64,000 nucleotides of DNA. Source: a bacterium. GTDB lineage: Bacteria > Bacillota > SLNR01 > JBMNPB01. The stretch covers positions 29,392 through 93,391 of the forward strand of contig JBMNPB010000001.1 in the NCBI GenBank assembly GCA_050943375.1, given 5' to 3'. Made by a program: the position numbers and the translations under genes. Numbering within the stretch: position 1 is the first letter of the stretch; the number at the start of each line of letters is the position of its first letter. A model generated the notes under the pieces. It did not search any database and had not been told where the DNA came from. It saw nothing but the letters and a program-made list of their open reading frames with translations. This document shows positions 41,197 to 50,959 of this stretch, piece after piece.

Positions 41197-41418
41197 ATGC
41201 TGAGGACCGTTCTGCTGACAATACAATTGCTGATCGCGGTTGGACTGATCGCCGTCATTTTGCTCCAGTCCGGCCACAGTGCCGGATTGGGGGCGGTTGC
41301 CGGGGGAGCGGAGTCTTTTTTCGGCAAAAAGAAAGGTTTCGATGTTTTACTCGGCAAGATGACGACCGGATTCGCTTTCGGGCTTTTTGTCATCGCTTTG
41401 GTTTTGGCGGTGGTGTAA
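41197..41418 (+). CDS. secG: Preprotein translocase subunit SecG
   Basis: 73 aa, two TM segments, ILLQ..GL..GG motif; canonical position after eno. Confidence 0.9.
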   Translation: MLRTVLLTIQLLIAVGLIAVILLQSGHSAGLGAVAGGAESFFGKKKGFDVLLGKMTTGFAFGLFVIALVLAVV

Positions 41419-41521
41419 GTATACCGGCGAGTGTCTTGCTGCGCTTGCCGACACGGTGAGACGGGGGAGAAGCCCGTCTCACCTGAGTGTCTGGCAAAAG
41501 GCTATCAGAAAAGGAGGATAA

Positions 41522-43516
41522 GTGGCAATGGATAATCTAATCGTTTTTACTCCGGTTGCCGGTGTCGTGGCTCTGCTCTTCGCGACTGTTCTGGCTGGCC
41601 GGGTTAGCCGCAGTGAAGCCGGGACGCCTCGGATGAAGGAAATCGCCGAAGCAATTCACGAAGGCTCCATGGCTTTCCTGAGCCGGGAGTACCGGACTCT
41701 AGTTATCTTCGTCATCATCCTTACGGCTATCATCCTCGCATCTGCCTTCCTGGCACCGGCCGGAGGGATGAGATGGCAGACGGCGGTGGCATTTATCGTC
41801 GGAGCGCTTTGCTCCACTCTCGCCGGTTATTTCGGCATGAATGTGGCGACGAAGGCGAATGTCCGGACGGCTCATGCCGCTCAGGAAGGCCAGAACAAAG
41901 CGCTGGGAGTCGCTTTTTCCGGCGGCGCGGTCATGGGGATGAACGTGGTCGGACTTGGTCTGGCCGGTCTCGGTCTTGTCTATTATTTATTCCGCGATCC
42001 GGGCATCGTCAATGGTTTTGCTCTTGGCGCCAGTTCCATCGCATTGTTTGCGAGGGTGGGCGGCGGTATTTATACGAAGGCGGCCGATGTTGGTGCCGAC
42101 CTGGTCGGCAAGGTCGAAGCCGGAATCCCGGAAGACGACCCGCGTAACCCGGCCGTTATCGCCGATAACGTCGGCGATAATGTCGGCGACGTCGCCGGGA
42201 TGGGCGCCGACTTGTTCGAATCTTATGTCGGTTCCATTATCGCCGCGATGGCAATCGGGATTGTCCAGTATGGCATCAAAGGCGTGGCGATGCCGATGGT
42301 CTTGGCGGCGGCCGGGGTGCTGGCCTCGATAATCGGCACTTTCTTTGTCCGGACGAATGAGAACTCAAGTCCGGCGAAAGCCCTGACGAACGGAACATAC
42401 GCGAGCGGACTTTTAGTTGTGATTGCCGCGTATTTTCTTTCCAATGGCATTCTTGGTGATTTAAGTGCTTTCTGGGCGACCATATCCGGACTGATTGTCG
42501 GAATTGTTATCGGCCAGGTGACCGAGTACTATACTTCCGGGGATAAGCCCCCGGTGCAGGGAATTGCCGGTGCGGCCCAGACCGGTCCGGCGACGACGAT
42601 CATCAGCGGTCTTGCCGTCGGGATGAAGAGTACGGCAGTTCCGGTTTTGCTAATCTGCGTATCCATTTTTATCGCCTATCAATTCGCCGGATTGTACGGT
42701 ATTGCCTTGGCCGCAGTCGGGATGCTTTCGATTGCCGGGATGACGGTTGCCGTGGATGCGTACGGCCCCATCGCCGATAACGCCGGCGGGATTGCCGAGA
42801 TGGCCGAACTAGACCCGAAAGTCCGAAAAGTGACGGACACTCTTGATTCGGTTGGAAATACAACGGCGGCGATCGGCAAGGGTTTTGCCATCAGTTCGGC
42901 GGCTCTGACTGCCTTGGCGCTGTTTTCCGCTTATGCCGGGGCTGTGCATCTCAGCCCGGAGGACTTCAGCCTGCTTAATCCGCAAGTGATCATCGGCGTC
43001 TTCATCGGCGGAATGCTGCCCTTCCTATTTTCCGCGATGACGATGGAAGCGGTTGGACAAGCCGCATTCCAAATGGTGGAAGAAGTCCGCCGTCAGTTCC
43101 GGGAAATCCCCGGACTGATGGAAGGCAAGGCTAAGCCCGACTACGCGCGCTGTGTGACTATCAGCACCGGCGCCGCTTTGCAGAAAATGATTGTGCCGGG
43201 GACTCTGGCCGTTGTAGCTCCGCTGGCCGTAGGCCTCATTCTGGGCAAAAATGCCTTGGGCGGACTGCTCGGCGGTGCTACCGTAACCGGCGTGCTGATG
43301 GCGGTCATGATGGCTAATGCCGGCGGCGCCTGGGATAACGCGAAAAAATATGTGGAGGCCGGCAACCTGGGCGGCAAAGGAACTCCGACTCACGCCGCAG
43401 CTGTCGTGGGTGATACGGTGGGCGATCCGTTCAAGGATACTTCCGGTCCTTCCCTCAACATTCTGATTAAATTGATGTCTATTGTCGCGCTTGTTTTCGC
43501 GCCCCTGTTCATCTGA
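41522..43516 (+). CDS. hppA: Membrane-integral pyrophosphatase, K+-dependent type (likely Na+-translocating)
   Basis: [38 protein letters not shown] (Ala/Gly at the K+-dependence positions), [10 protein letters not shown]. Confidence 0.93.
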   Translation: MAMDNLIVFTPVAGVVALLFATVLAGRVSRSEAGTPRMKEIAEAIHEGSMAFLSREYRTLVIFVIILTAIILASAFLAPAGGMRWQTAVAFIVGALCSTLAGYFGMNVATKANVRTAHAAQEGQNKALGVAFSGGAVMGMNVVGLGLAGLGLVYYLFRDPGIVNGFALGASSIALFARVGGGIYTKAADVGADLVGKVEAGIPEDDPRNPAVIADNVGDNVGDVAGMGADLFESYVGSIIAAMAIGIVQYGIKGVAMPMVLAAAGVLASIIGTFFVRTNENSSPAKALTNGTYASGLLVVIAAYFLSNGILGDLSAFWATISGLIVGIVIGQVTEYYTSGDKPPVQGIAGAAQTGPATTIISGLAVGMKSTAVPVLLICVSIFIAYQFAGLYGIALAAVGMLSIAGMTVAVDAYGPIADNAGGIAEMAELDPKVRKVTDTLDSVGNTTAAIGKGFAISSAALTALALFSAYAGAVHLSPEDFSLLNPQVIIGVFIGGMLPFLFSAMTMEAVGQAAFQMVEEVRRQFREIPGLMEGKAKPDYARCVTISTGAALQKMIVPGTLAVVAPLAVGLILGKNALGGLLGGATVTGVLMAVMMANAGGAWDNAKKYVEAGNLGGKGTPTHAAAVVGDTVGDPFKDTSGPSLNILIKLMSIVALVFAPLFI

Positions 43517-43530
43517 AGATATTGTCCGGA

Positions 43531-43563
43531 AAGCCCGGCCGCTGGGAGCGGCCGGGCTTTCTT
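43531..43563 (+). terminator. hppA terminator and target hairpin of the group IIC intron
   Basis: Inverted repeat aagcccggccgct / agcggccgggctt followed by tctt. Confidence 0.8.
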
Positions 43564-43566
43564 CAT

Positions 43567-45473
43567 GTGCGCCACGCATGGCGCGTAACTAGGCGGTGAA
43601 AGTCCGCTATGGGGGCTGGCAGTTGCCAACCATTAGCCAAGCGCAAGGGTGTCCACCGTGAGGTGGAATCTGGAGGAAGCGTGATGAGCAAAATCCCGGC
43701 CCGAGGAACACGAACCATATTAGGCATCCGAAGTGGGATGAGTCTGCATGACAAGACAAAATCCAATAAACTGCACGGACACGGGGATGTAGATATGGCG
43801 GGTATATGGGAGGAAAGTTACGCGTCTTACCGTGGGAGGTCTCACGGACGCATAAAGCGAGTTCGCGAAATGCGGTTGAAACAAGATTTACCGTGAGAAG
43901 TCAGCAGATACCATAATAGTAGCGCAGTCGACGGCGTTATGAAGGGTTGAACCCAAGGAGGTGTTAGTTAATGAAAGTTACCGAAGGCGGGAGAAAAGAA
44001 AGCAGAATACCTTGCTGTGGCAAGGGCTGGTCGCAAAGAGATAGTGCGGAACACGAAGGGTATGCGGGAGCGCTTACCGACAAGAGGATAACTGAAAACA
44101 ACAACACCAATGCCGACAGCCAAGGGAACCGACTTTTAGAGAGAATCCTAAGCCGAGATAATCTAAACCGAGCATACAAGCAGGTAAAGAGAAACAAAGG
44201 CGCACACGGGATCGATGGGATGGAAGTAGAGCATCTTCTGCAATATCTCAAAGAAAACGGGGAGGAACTCATCAAGTCAGTTCTGGAGGGAAAATACCGT
44301 CCTAATCCAGTCCGGAGAGTAGAGATACCCAAGGACAACGGGAAAACGAGGAAGTTGGGAGTACCAACAGCAGTAGACAGAATGGTGCAGCAGGCAATAG
44401 CGCAGATACTGTCACCCATCTTTGAGCCCCAATTCTGCGAAACGAGCTATGGCTTCAGACCGAAGAGAAGTGCCCATGACGCCTTGGAAAAGTGCAAGGA
44501 ATACGCCAATCAGGGCTACACCTATGTGGTGGACATGGACCTGGAGAAGTTCTTCGACACCGTGAACCAATCAAAAATGGTGGAGATACGGTCAAGGACA
44601 ATCAAAGACGGCAGGGTCATATCACTCATACACAAATACTTAACCGCCAGGGCAATGAACAGAGGGAGATTTGAGGAGACAAAGCTCGGACTAGTCCAGG
44701 GAGGAAACATCAGTCCCTTATGCAGCAACATAATGCTGAACGAACTAGACCATGAGCTGGAACGCCGGGGAATCAGATTTGTCAGATATGCGGATGATAT
44801 GCTGCTTTTTGCCAAGACCAAAAGGTCGGCGCAAAGAATAATGCAGCACATCCTACCCTTCATTGAAGGCAAACTGCTCCTTAAAGTGAACCGAGAAAAG
44901 ACCGTGGTGGCCTACATCGGAAAGATTAAATTTCTGGGATACGGATTCTACCCGTCTAAAGACGGAATAAAGTTCCGTGTTCATGCCAAGAGCATCAGTA
45001 AGATGAAAGCAAAAGTAAAAGAACTCACAGCAAGAAGTAGCGCACTTGGATATGAAATGCTGAAATTAAAACTGAGACAATTCATAACAGGCTGGGTAAA
45101 TTACTTTAAACTCGCGGATATGAAGAAACTGCTTCAGGCAACCGATGAATGGCTAAGACGAAGAATACGCATGTACATCTGGAAACAGTGGAAGAAAGTC
45201 CGTACCAGATATGCCATGTTGAAGAAGCTCGGACTCAGCCACGATACTGCCTTTAAATTCGCTTGCACAAGAAAAGGCTACTGGCGCATAGCCAATAGCC
45301 AAATACTGAATGTCACTGTAACCGATGCCCGCCTAAGGCAGGCTGGCTACACGTTTTTCTGGGATTACTTCAAAACTGCCATGGTGTAAACTTGGGAACC
45401 GCCACTTGCGGAACCGCTTGAGTGGTGGTGTGAGAGGTCGGCTACTCAATTAATGGGTAGCCTCCTACTCGAT
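43567..45473 (+). mobile_element. Group IIC intron
   Basis: 5' GTGCG a few nt after a terminator stem; domain V GAACCGCC...GGTGGT at 45396-45429; domain VI with bulged A at 45467; 3' end ...CTACTCGAT. Confidence 0.92.
43971..45389 (+). CDS. ltrA: Group II intron reverse transcriptase/maturase, no endonuclease domain
   Basis: IPK..G..R.LG.P, SYGFRP, DLEKFFD, RYADD, FLGY, GWVNYF, RKGYWR. Confidence 0.93.
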   Translation: MKVTEGGRKESRIPCCGKGWSQRDSAEHEGYAGALTDKRITENNNTNADSQGNRLLERILSRDNLNRAYKQVKRNKGAHGIDGMEVEHLLQYLKENGEELIKSVLEGKYRPNPVRRVEIPKDNGKTRKLGVPTAVDRMVQQAIAQILSPIFEPQFCETSYGFRPKRSAHDALEKCKEYANQGYTYVVDMDLEKFFDTVNQSKMVEIRSRTIKDGRVISLIHKYLTARAMNRGRFEETKLGLVQGGNISPLCSNIMLNELDHELERRGIRFVRYADDMLLFAKTKRSAQRIMQHILPFIEGKLLLKVNREKTVVAYIGKIKFLGYGFYPSKDGIKFRVHAKSISKMKAKVKELTARSSALGYEMLKLKLRQFITGWVNYFKLADMKKLLQATDEWLRRRIRMYIWKQWKKVRTRYAMLKKLGLSHDTAFKFACTRKGYWRIANSQILNVTVTDARLRQAGYTFFWDYFKTAMV

Positions 45474-45540
45474 TGCCGGTCTGCTTTCGGAGTATTTAAC
45501 AAATCAAAAATTTAACTTAACAAAATTGTTTAGGTAAAAG

Positions 45541-45569
45541 TTTACAAAATGCCCAAAGAATGATATAAT
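45541..45569 (+). promoter_or_regulatory. Sigma-A promoter of the riboswitch-controlled operon
   Basis: TTTACA, 17 bp, TG-n-TATAAT. Confidence 0.8.
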
Positions 45570-45587
45570 AGCAAAAACGGATATGGA

Positions 45588-45692
45588 TACGCTGAATCCG
45601 ACAGGAGCGGGGGACCCAAACTTCGGGGTGAAGCCGGATAACGGCCGGGTTACTCTTTCAATCCGAACCCGTCAGCTAACCTCGTAAGCGTA
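45588..45692 (+). ncRNA. c-di-AMP (ydaO/yuaA) riboswitch aptamer
   Basis: GCTGAATCC..GGAGCGGGGGACCCA..GGGGTGAA..CCGAACCCGTCAGCTAACCTCGTAAGC matches the class consensus. Confidence 0.92.
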
Positions 45693-45775
45693 GAAAGGGA
45701 ATAGCAGAGGGAATCATGCAGCGTTGGGAATGCTGTCTTGCTTCGGATAACTTAACTTTATCTGCGAAAGGGTAT

Positions 45776-45808
45776 TCCCGTACAATAATTGTACGGGATT
45801 TATTTTTT
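45776..45808 (+). terminator. Leader terminator (riboswitch expression platform)
   Basis: Inverted repeat tcccgtacaa / ttgtacggga followed by tttatttttt, about 35 nt before the start codon. Confidence 0.8.
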
Positions 45809-45841
45809 CTGAAAAAGGTAATGATGAAAGGAGATGGCAGA

Positions 45842-46969
45842 GTGCAAGAAAAGAAAAGACCGAGCAGGAAGAAGCAGACGAAATTCGCCGTTGTCGGGGC
45901 GGGCCACGGTGGTTTGGCGATGGCCGGAGCCCTTGCACTCAAGGGTTACGAGGTTAATCTGTTCAATAAAACATTCGAACGGATTAAATTTGTCAAGATG
46001 GCCGGCGGCGTTCACGTTTCCGGGGCAATGGAGGGTTTCGGCAAATTGGCGGCCATTACCACGGATATTGCCGAAGCAATAACCGACGTTAATGTGATTA
46101 TGGTCGTCATTCCGGCGGTGGGTCACAAATATGTGGCGGAAATCAGCGCGCCGCACCTGGCGGACGGACAGACGGTCGTCCTCAATCCCGGACGAACCGG
46201 TGGGGCCATGGAGTTCAGCGCTACCCTGAACCGAAACGGGGTAAAGGCGGATGTTACCGTGGCGGAAGCTCAGACGTTTATTTTTGCCAGCCGGACAACG
46301 GGGCCGGCACAGGCGCACATTTATGGCATCAAGCATATCGTTTCGGTCGCCTCGCTGCCGGCGATCAAAGCGGAGGCGGTGATAAGCCTCCTGCGACCGG
46401 TGTTTCCGCAATATGTGAAAGCGGAGAACGTCCTGAAGACGAGTTTCGATAATATCGGGGCGATTTTCCATCCGGCCCCGACTTTGCTGAACAGCGGAAG
46501 GATTGAGTCGACGGCGGGCAATTTTGACTATTATCACGAAGGAATCACTCCGGCCGTGGCCAGTATTATTGAAGAGATGGATCGGGAGAGAATGGCGGTG
46601 GCGCGGGCATTGGGCATCGAGCCTTTGTCGGCTTTTGAATGGCTGGATGCGGCGTACGGTGCGACCGGGGCCACTCTTTACGAAGCTATTCAGAATAATG
46701 AAGGGTATAAGGGACTGCAGGCTCCGGCGACTTTGCAGCACCGTTATATTTTTGAGGATGTTCCGGCCAGTCTGGTACCGATTGCTTCGATCGGGGAAAT
46801 GCTGGGTGTCGAAACGAAAACGATTAAATCAATAATCAGCCTAGCTTCGGCTGTTCACGGAGTCGATTATTGGCAGACGGGCCGGACGGTAGAGCGGCTC
46901 GGCATCGCCGGGATGAAACCGGAAGAGATTGCCGCCGCAGTGAGCAACGGGCTGGGTTTCAATCGATAA
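45842..46969 (+). CDS. NAD/NADP octopine/nopaline (opine) dehydrogenase family protein 1
   Basis: GAGHGG Rossmann motif, LNPGRTGG, EAQT, NIGAIFHP, HRYIFEDVP..LVP; GTG start after AAGGAG. Confidence 0.85.
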   Translation: MQEKKRPSRKKQTKFAVVGAGHGGLAMAGALALKGYEVNLFNKTFERIKFVKMAGGVHVSGAMEGFGKLAAITTDIAEAITDVNVIMVVIPAVGHKYVAEISAPHLADGQTVVLNPGRTGGAMEFSATLNRNGVKADVTVAEAQTFIFASRTTGPAQAHIYGIKHIVSVASLPAIKAEAVISLLRPVFPQYVKAENVLKTSFDNIGAIFHPAPTLLNSGRIESTAGNFDYYHEGITPAVASIIEEMDRERMAVARALGIEPLSAFEWLDAAYGATGATLYEAIQNNEGYKGLQAPATLQHRYIFEDVPASLVPIASIGEMLGVETKTIKSIISLASAVHGVDYWQTGRTVERLGIAGMKPEEIAAAVSNGLGFNR

Positions 46970-46992
46970 AAATTTAAACGGAGGGATAACGC

Positions 46993-47973
46993 ATGAGTTT
47001 ACATGTCGCTTTGCTTTACAGCCAGAATGAAATCGACGGAACGACCGAGTTTCAACCAAACCCGCACGGAGCAATACAAATGGATATCACCGTGGAAGCA
47101 ATCCACGCGGCTCTCCTGGCCAACGGGCATCAGGTGACGAAGATCCCGGCGGGTTATGATCTGCCGCAACGGATGTTAGCGGTCAAGCCGGACGTGATTT
47201 TTAACGCCAGCACGGGGATTGCCAAGAAGACGCAGCAGGCTAATGTGGTTGCCATGCTGGAACTGCTCGATATTCCATTTGTCGGGTCCCGTCTGGCGAC
47301 CCATGTCCTGGGTTTGTATAAACAAGTCACCAAGCTGATATTTGCGAATGAAGGTATCCCGACACCCAATTTCCAAGTATTCATGACCGGGAAAGAGCCT
47401 CTGAAGCCGGAGCTGGATTTCCCGCTCATCGTCAAGCCGGAGCACGAGGGCTCCAGCATCGGAATAACTCCGGAAAGCATTGTGGACAGTGAGGAAGAAC
47501 TCCGCCGGGTGCTGCAGAAAAGCATCAGCGCATACCGGCAGAGAGCTCTCGTGGAGGAATATATCAGCGGCCGGGAATTCACGCTTGGTATTCTCGGAAA
47601 CCATGATCCGGTTGTTTTGCCGGTTGAAGAGATAATTTTCCGGCCGGAAGAGGGAATCCATCGGAGCACCCAGACGTATGACATCAAAGAGAGAGACGCC
47701 GTTAATACGAAATGTCCGGCCGATCTGACGGCGGCGAAGAGGAGTGAATTGGAGGATTATGCCCTGAGAGCGTACCGGGCTATGGAGTGCCGGGGTTATG
47801 CCCGGATGGATGTCCGGATGGACGAAGCGGGAACGCCCTATTTCCTCGAGGTCAACACTTTGCCGGGAATGCAGCCTGATTACAGTGACTTTCCCCGGAT
47901 GGCCGTCCATGGCGGCTATTCCTTCCAGGACTTGGTCGAACGACTGATTGAACTGGCGATGGAAAGCGAATAA
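46993..47973 (+). CDS. D-Ala-D-Ala ligase-like ATP-grasp enzyme
   Basis: VKPEHEGSSIG, EEYISGREFT, RMDVR, LEVNTLPG; lacks the canonical Ddl N-terminal GGxSxE motif. Confidence 0.85.
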   Translation: MSLHVALLYSQNEIDGTTEFQPNPHGAIQMDITVEAIHAALLANGHQVTKIPAGYDLPQRMLAVKPDVIFNASTGIAKKTQQANVVAMLELLDIPFVGSRLATHVLGLYKQVTKLIFANEGIPTPNFQVFMTGKEPLKPELDFPLIVKPEHEGSSIGITPESIVDSEEELRRVLQKSISAYRQRALVEEYISGREFTLGILGNHDPVVLPVEEIIFRPEEGIHRSTQTYDIKERDAVNTKCPADLTAAKRSELEDYALRAYRAMECRGYARMDVRMDEAGTPYFLEVNTLPGMQPDYSDFPRMAVHGGYSFQDLVERLIELAMESE

Positions 47974-48009
47974 TGTTGTCTGAGCAGCGACCGGGAGAGG
48001 AAGGGTAAC

Positions 48010-48399
48010 GTGGAACTGAAAGGCGATGCAATGTGCTTTGCCTGCGGGGGAGAAAACCCGATCGGCTTGAAACTCAAATTTCGTTGGGAAGGTGACCGAT
48101 ACCGGACAGAATTCATCCCCGGTGAAGAGCACCAGAGCTACACCGGTCTGATGCACGGCGGCCTGATCTGCACCATTCTGGATGAAGTGATGGGAAAGCT
48201 TCTGTACAGCCGGGGGATTAACGCCGTGACCGCCCGTCTGGAAGTCCGCTTCCGCCGTCCTGTCGCGGTTGGGGAAAAAGTAATCTTCCGGGGTGAAATT
48301 GTCGCGGACAAAGGTAAATTGATTGAAACCCGGGCGGAGGCGGCAACGGAGGACGGGACCGGCTTGGCGGCGGCCAAAGCGGTGTTCATGCGGGTATGA
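48010..48399 (+). CDS. PaaI-family hotdog thioesterase
   Basis: CFACG..NP.GL.L.F, HGG...TILDE.MG. Confidence 0.85.
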   Translation: MELKGDAMCFACGGENPIGLKLKFRWEGDRYRTEFIPGEEHQSYTGLMHGGLICTILDEVMGKLLYSRGINAVTARLEVRFRRPVAVGEKVIFRGEIVADKGKLIETRAEAATEDGTGLAAAKAVFMRV

Positions 48400-48446
48400 G
48401 ATGGGAGTAACGGGAGAAAATAATATCGAAAAAAGGAGGGTTGCCG

Positions 48447-49838
48447 GTGAGCCGGGCCTTGCTGGTAGACTTCGGCAGCACATATACGAAGGTATTGGCT
48501 GTCGATCTGGATAAATCCCGGATTGCCGGCCGGGCATATGCTTTAACGACAGCGGCGACGGATATCACCGAAGGGCTGCGACGGGCACTGGCTGTCTTGG
48601 CCAGTGAGTGCAATCTGTCACTGGCTGACTTTGATTATCGTTTGGCCGCAAGCAGCGCCGCCGGGGGACTGAGGATGATTGCTGTCGGGCTGGTGCCGGA
48701 ACTAACGGCAGAAGCCGCCCGACAGGCCTCTCTCGGCGCCGGGGCGAGGGTAATCAAGGTTTATTCTTACGAACTGAGCGACGCCGATATTAAAGAAATC
48801 GGCACTCTACCCCGTGACCTGATCCTTTTGGCCGGAGGAACGGACGGGGGAGACCGGAACACTATTCTGCAGAACGCCAAGATGCTGGCAAAAGCGCCGC
48901 CCGATGCTCCGGTCATCGTGGCCGGGAACCGGACGGCGGCGAAGGAAGCGGCAGAATTGCTTCGGGCGGGCGGAGTCGAAGTACTGGTGACGGAAAATGT
49001 CCTGCCGGCCTTGCGCCGTCTCAATATCGAGCCGGCCCGGGAGACCATCCGCCGCGTATTCATGGAGAGAATAGTCGCCGGGAAAGGTTTCGGCCGGGCG
49101 GAAGATTATTTGGGCAGCATTTTGATGCCGACTCCGGCTGCTGTGTTGGCGGCCGCTCAGTTGTTGGCGGAAGGTACAGGCAGCCGGTCGGGGCTCGGTG
49201 AACTGCTCATCGTTGATGTGGGCGGTGCGACGACCGATGTTCATTCCGTCGCCGGCGGGGAGCCGGCTCAGCCCGGAACGGTAGTGCGCGGCTTGCCGGA
49301 GCCGTACACGAAGCGGACAGTTGAAGGTGATCTTGGCTTGCGGGTAAGCGCCCTGTCATTGCTGGAGACGGTCGGACGCCGACGGCTGGTCGGTGCTCTC
49401 AGGGACGAAAATATCGATCTGGAGGCGGCTGTTGCCGGTCTCGCCCGGGATGTGGGAGCAGTGCCGCGTTCAACGGCCGCCGCCGACCTGGACCGGGCGA
49501 TGGCGCGTCTGGCCGTCGAGATCGCGGTGGAGCGGCACGTCGGGGTGCTGGAAAAGATAGCGGCGCCGAACGGAGTATTCTATGTGCAGACCGGGAAGGA
49601 CTTGTCGGGTGTCCGTCAGGTTATCGGAACCGGCGGCATTTTCGCTCATGACCAGGACAAAGCATATATCCTCGGCGGAGCGGTTTCAGACGGTACGGAC
49701 CCGTTCCGCCTGAAACCGAGGGAGCCGGATCTGCTGTTTGACAATGACTATCTGTTGTGGGCAATGGGGCTGCTCCGTACGGTTGCCCCGGAGCCGGCGC
49801 TTGCGATCATGCTGCGCCATTTGACGACTGTGCAGTGA
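48447..49838 (+). CDS. glmL: GlmL/MutL-type accessory ATPase (reactivase) for B12-dependent mutases
   Basis: DFGSTYTK, SSAAGGL, AGGTDGG, MPTP, DVGGATTDVHS, KRTVEGDLG. Confidence 0.87.
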   Translation: MSRALLVDFGSTYTKVLAVDLDKSRIAGRAYALTTAATDITEGLRRALAVLASECNLSLADFDYRLAASSAAGGLRMIAVGLVPELTAEAARQASLGAGARVIKVYSYELSDADIKEIGTLPRDLILLAGGTDGGDRNTILQNAKMLAKAPPDAPVIVAGNRTAAKEAAELLRAGGVEVLVTENVLPALRRLNIEPARETIRRVFMERIVAGKGFGRAEDYLGSILMPTPAAVLAAAQLLAEGTGSRSGLGELLIVDVGGATTDVHSVAGGEPAQPGTVVRGLPEPYTKRTVEGDLGLRVSALSLLETVGRRRLVGALRDENIDLEAAVAGLARDVGAVPRSTAAADLDRAMARLAVEIAVERHVGVLEKIAAPNGVFYVQTGKDLSGVRQVIGTGGIFAHDQDKAYILGGAVSDGTDPFRLKPREPDLLFDNDYLLWAMGLLRTVAPEPALAIMLRHLTTVQ

Positions 49839-49861
49839 CAGCTGCTGGAGAGGGTGATCTG

Positions 49862-50959
49862 ATGCAGGGAAGCGAAATTGAAATTGCCGTTTTGGGAGCG
49901 GGCAACGGCGGCCAGGCGATGGCCGCCCATCTCGCCAATAAAGGGATGCGGGTCGCCTTGTACAACCGGGAAGATGATCGTCTGGCACCAATCCGCGCCA
50001 AAGGCGGGATTGAAATGACCGGAACGCTGTCCGGCTTCGGACGGCTCGCTCTGGTAACTGATGACATTGCCCGGGCAATTAAGGGAGCCCGGCTCATTAT
50101 GGTTGTGGTACCGGCGTTTGCCCATGGCTTTATTGCAACGGCCGTCGCTCCGCATCTCAGCGACGGACAGATTGTTGTGCTGCACCCCGGCCGGACGGGG
50201 GGAGCCTTGGAATTCGGCCATATTTTGCGCGAGGCCGGCTGTCGGACGCAGCCGATAATCAGCGAAGCGCAGACGTTGTTGTATGCCTGCCGGATTGAAG
50301 GACCCGCCCGCGTTAACATTAAAAGCATTAAACGCGTTGTTGAATTTGCGGCTCTGCCGGCCTCCGAGAACGGAACCGTGCGGGCGGCGCTGCAGACGGT
50401 TTTCCCGGAATTCGAACCGGCGGAGAACGTGTTGGCGACCGGATTGGCCAATATCGGCGCCGTCTTTCATCCGGCGGCCTTCCTCCTCAACGCCGGCGCC
50501 GTCGAGACGGGAGAAGAATTCAAGTTTTACACGGAAGGTATGACGCCGACGATAGTGAGGCTGATTGGCTCAATCGACCGTGAGCGGGTCGCCGTGGCGA
50601 ACCGTTATGGGGTTGGCGCACTCAGTGCGAAGGAATGGCTGCGGCGTTCCTACGAAGTACAAGGCGATTCACTGCACGAGATGATTATCCGGAACAAAGC
50701 GTATCGGGGAATAAACGCTCCGAAGACTCTGCAGCATCGCTACGTCTTTGAAGATATCCCCACCGGGCTGGTACCCATCATTGCTCTCGGGGAAGCGGCC
50801 GGGCTGAAACTGCCGGCCGCGCGGGCAATTGTCGCGATGGCGGACGCATTATACCGGCGTGATTTTGCCGCGGAAGGACGGAGCCTTGCTAAGCTTGGGC
50901 TGCAGGGACTCGGGCGGGACGAAATTCTGGAGTTGGTGAATAAAAGGGGGATAGGCTAA
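49862..50959 (+). CDS. NAD/NADP octopine/nopaline (opine) dehydrogenase family protein 2
   Basis: GAGNGG, LHPGRTGG, EAQT, NIGAVFHP, HRYVFEDIP.GLVP. Confidence 0.85.
   Translation: MQGSEIEIAVLGAGNGGQAMAAHLANKGMRVALYNREDDRLAPIRAKGGIEMTGTLSGFGRLALVTDDIARAIKGARLIMVVVPAFAHGFIATAVAPHLSDGQIVVLHPGRTGGALEFGHILREAGCRTQPIISEAQTLLYACRIEGPARVNIKSIKRVVEFAALPASENGTVRAALQTVFPEFEPAENVLATGLANIGAVFHPAAFLLNAGAVETGEEFKFYTEGMTPTIVRLIGSIDRERVAVANRYGVGALSAKEWLRRSYEVQGDSLHEMIIRNKAYRGINAPKTLQHRYVFEDIPTGLVPIIALGEAAGLKLPAARAIVAMADALYRRDFAAEGRSLAKLGLQGLGRDEILELVNKRGIG

Noticed and set aside
43609-43896. 95-aa ORF upstream of the reverse transcriptase
   Set aside because: It lies within intron ribozyme domains I-III
46993-47973. 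ATP-grasp gene as housekeeping ddl or a van resistance ligase
   Set aside because: It lacks the N-terminal GGxSxE motif, and there are no vanH/X/R/S or mur genes nearby
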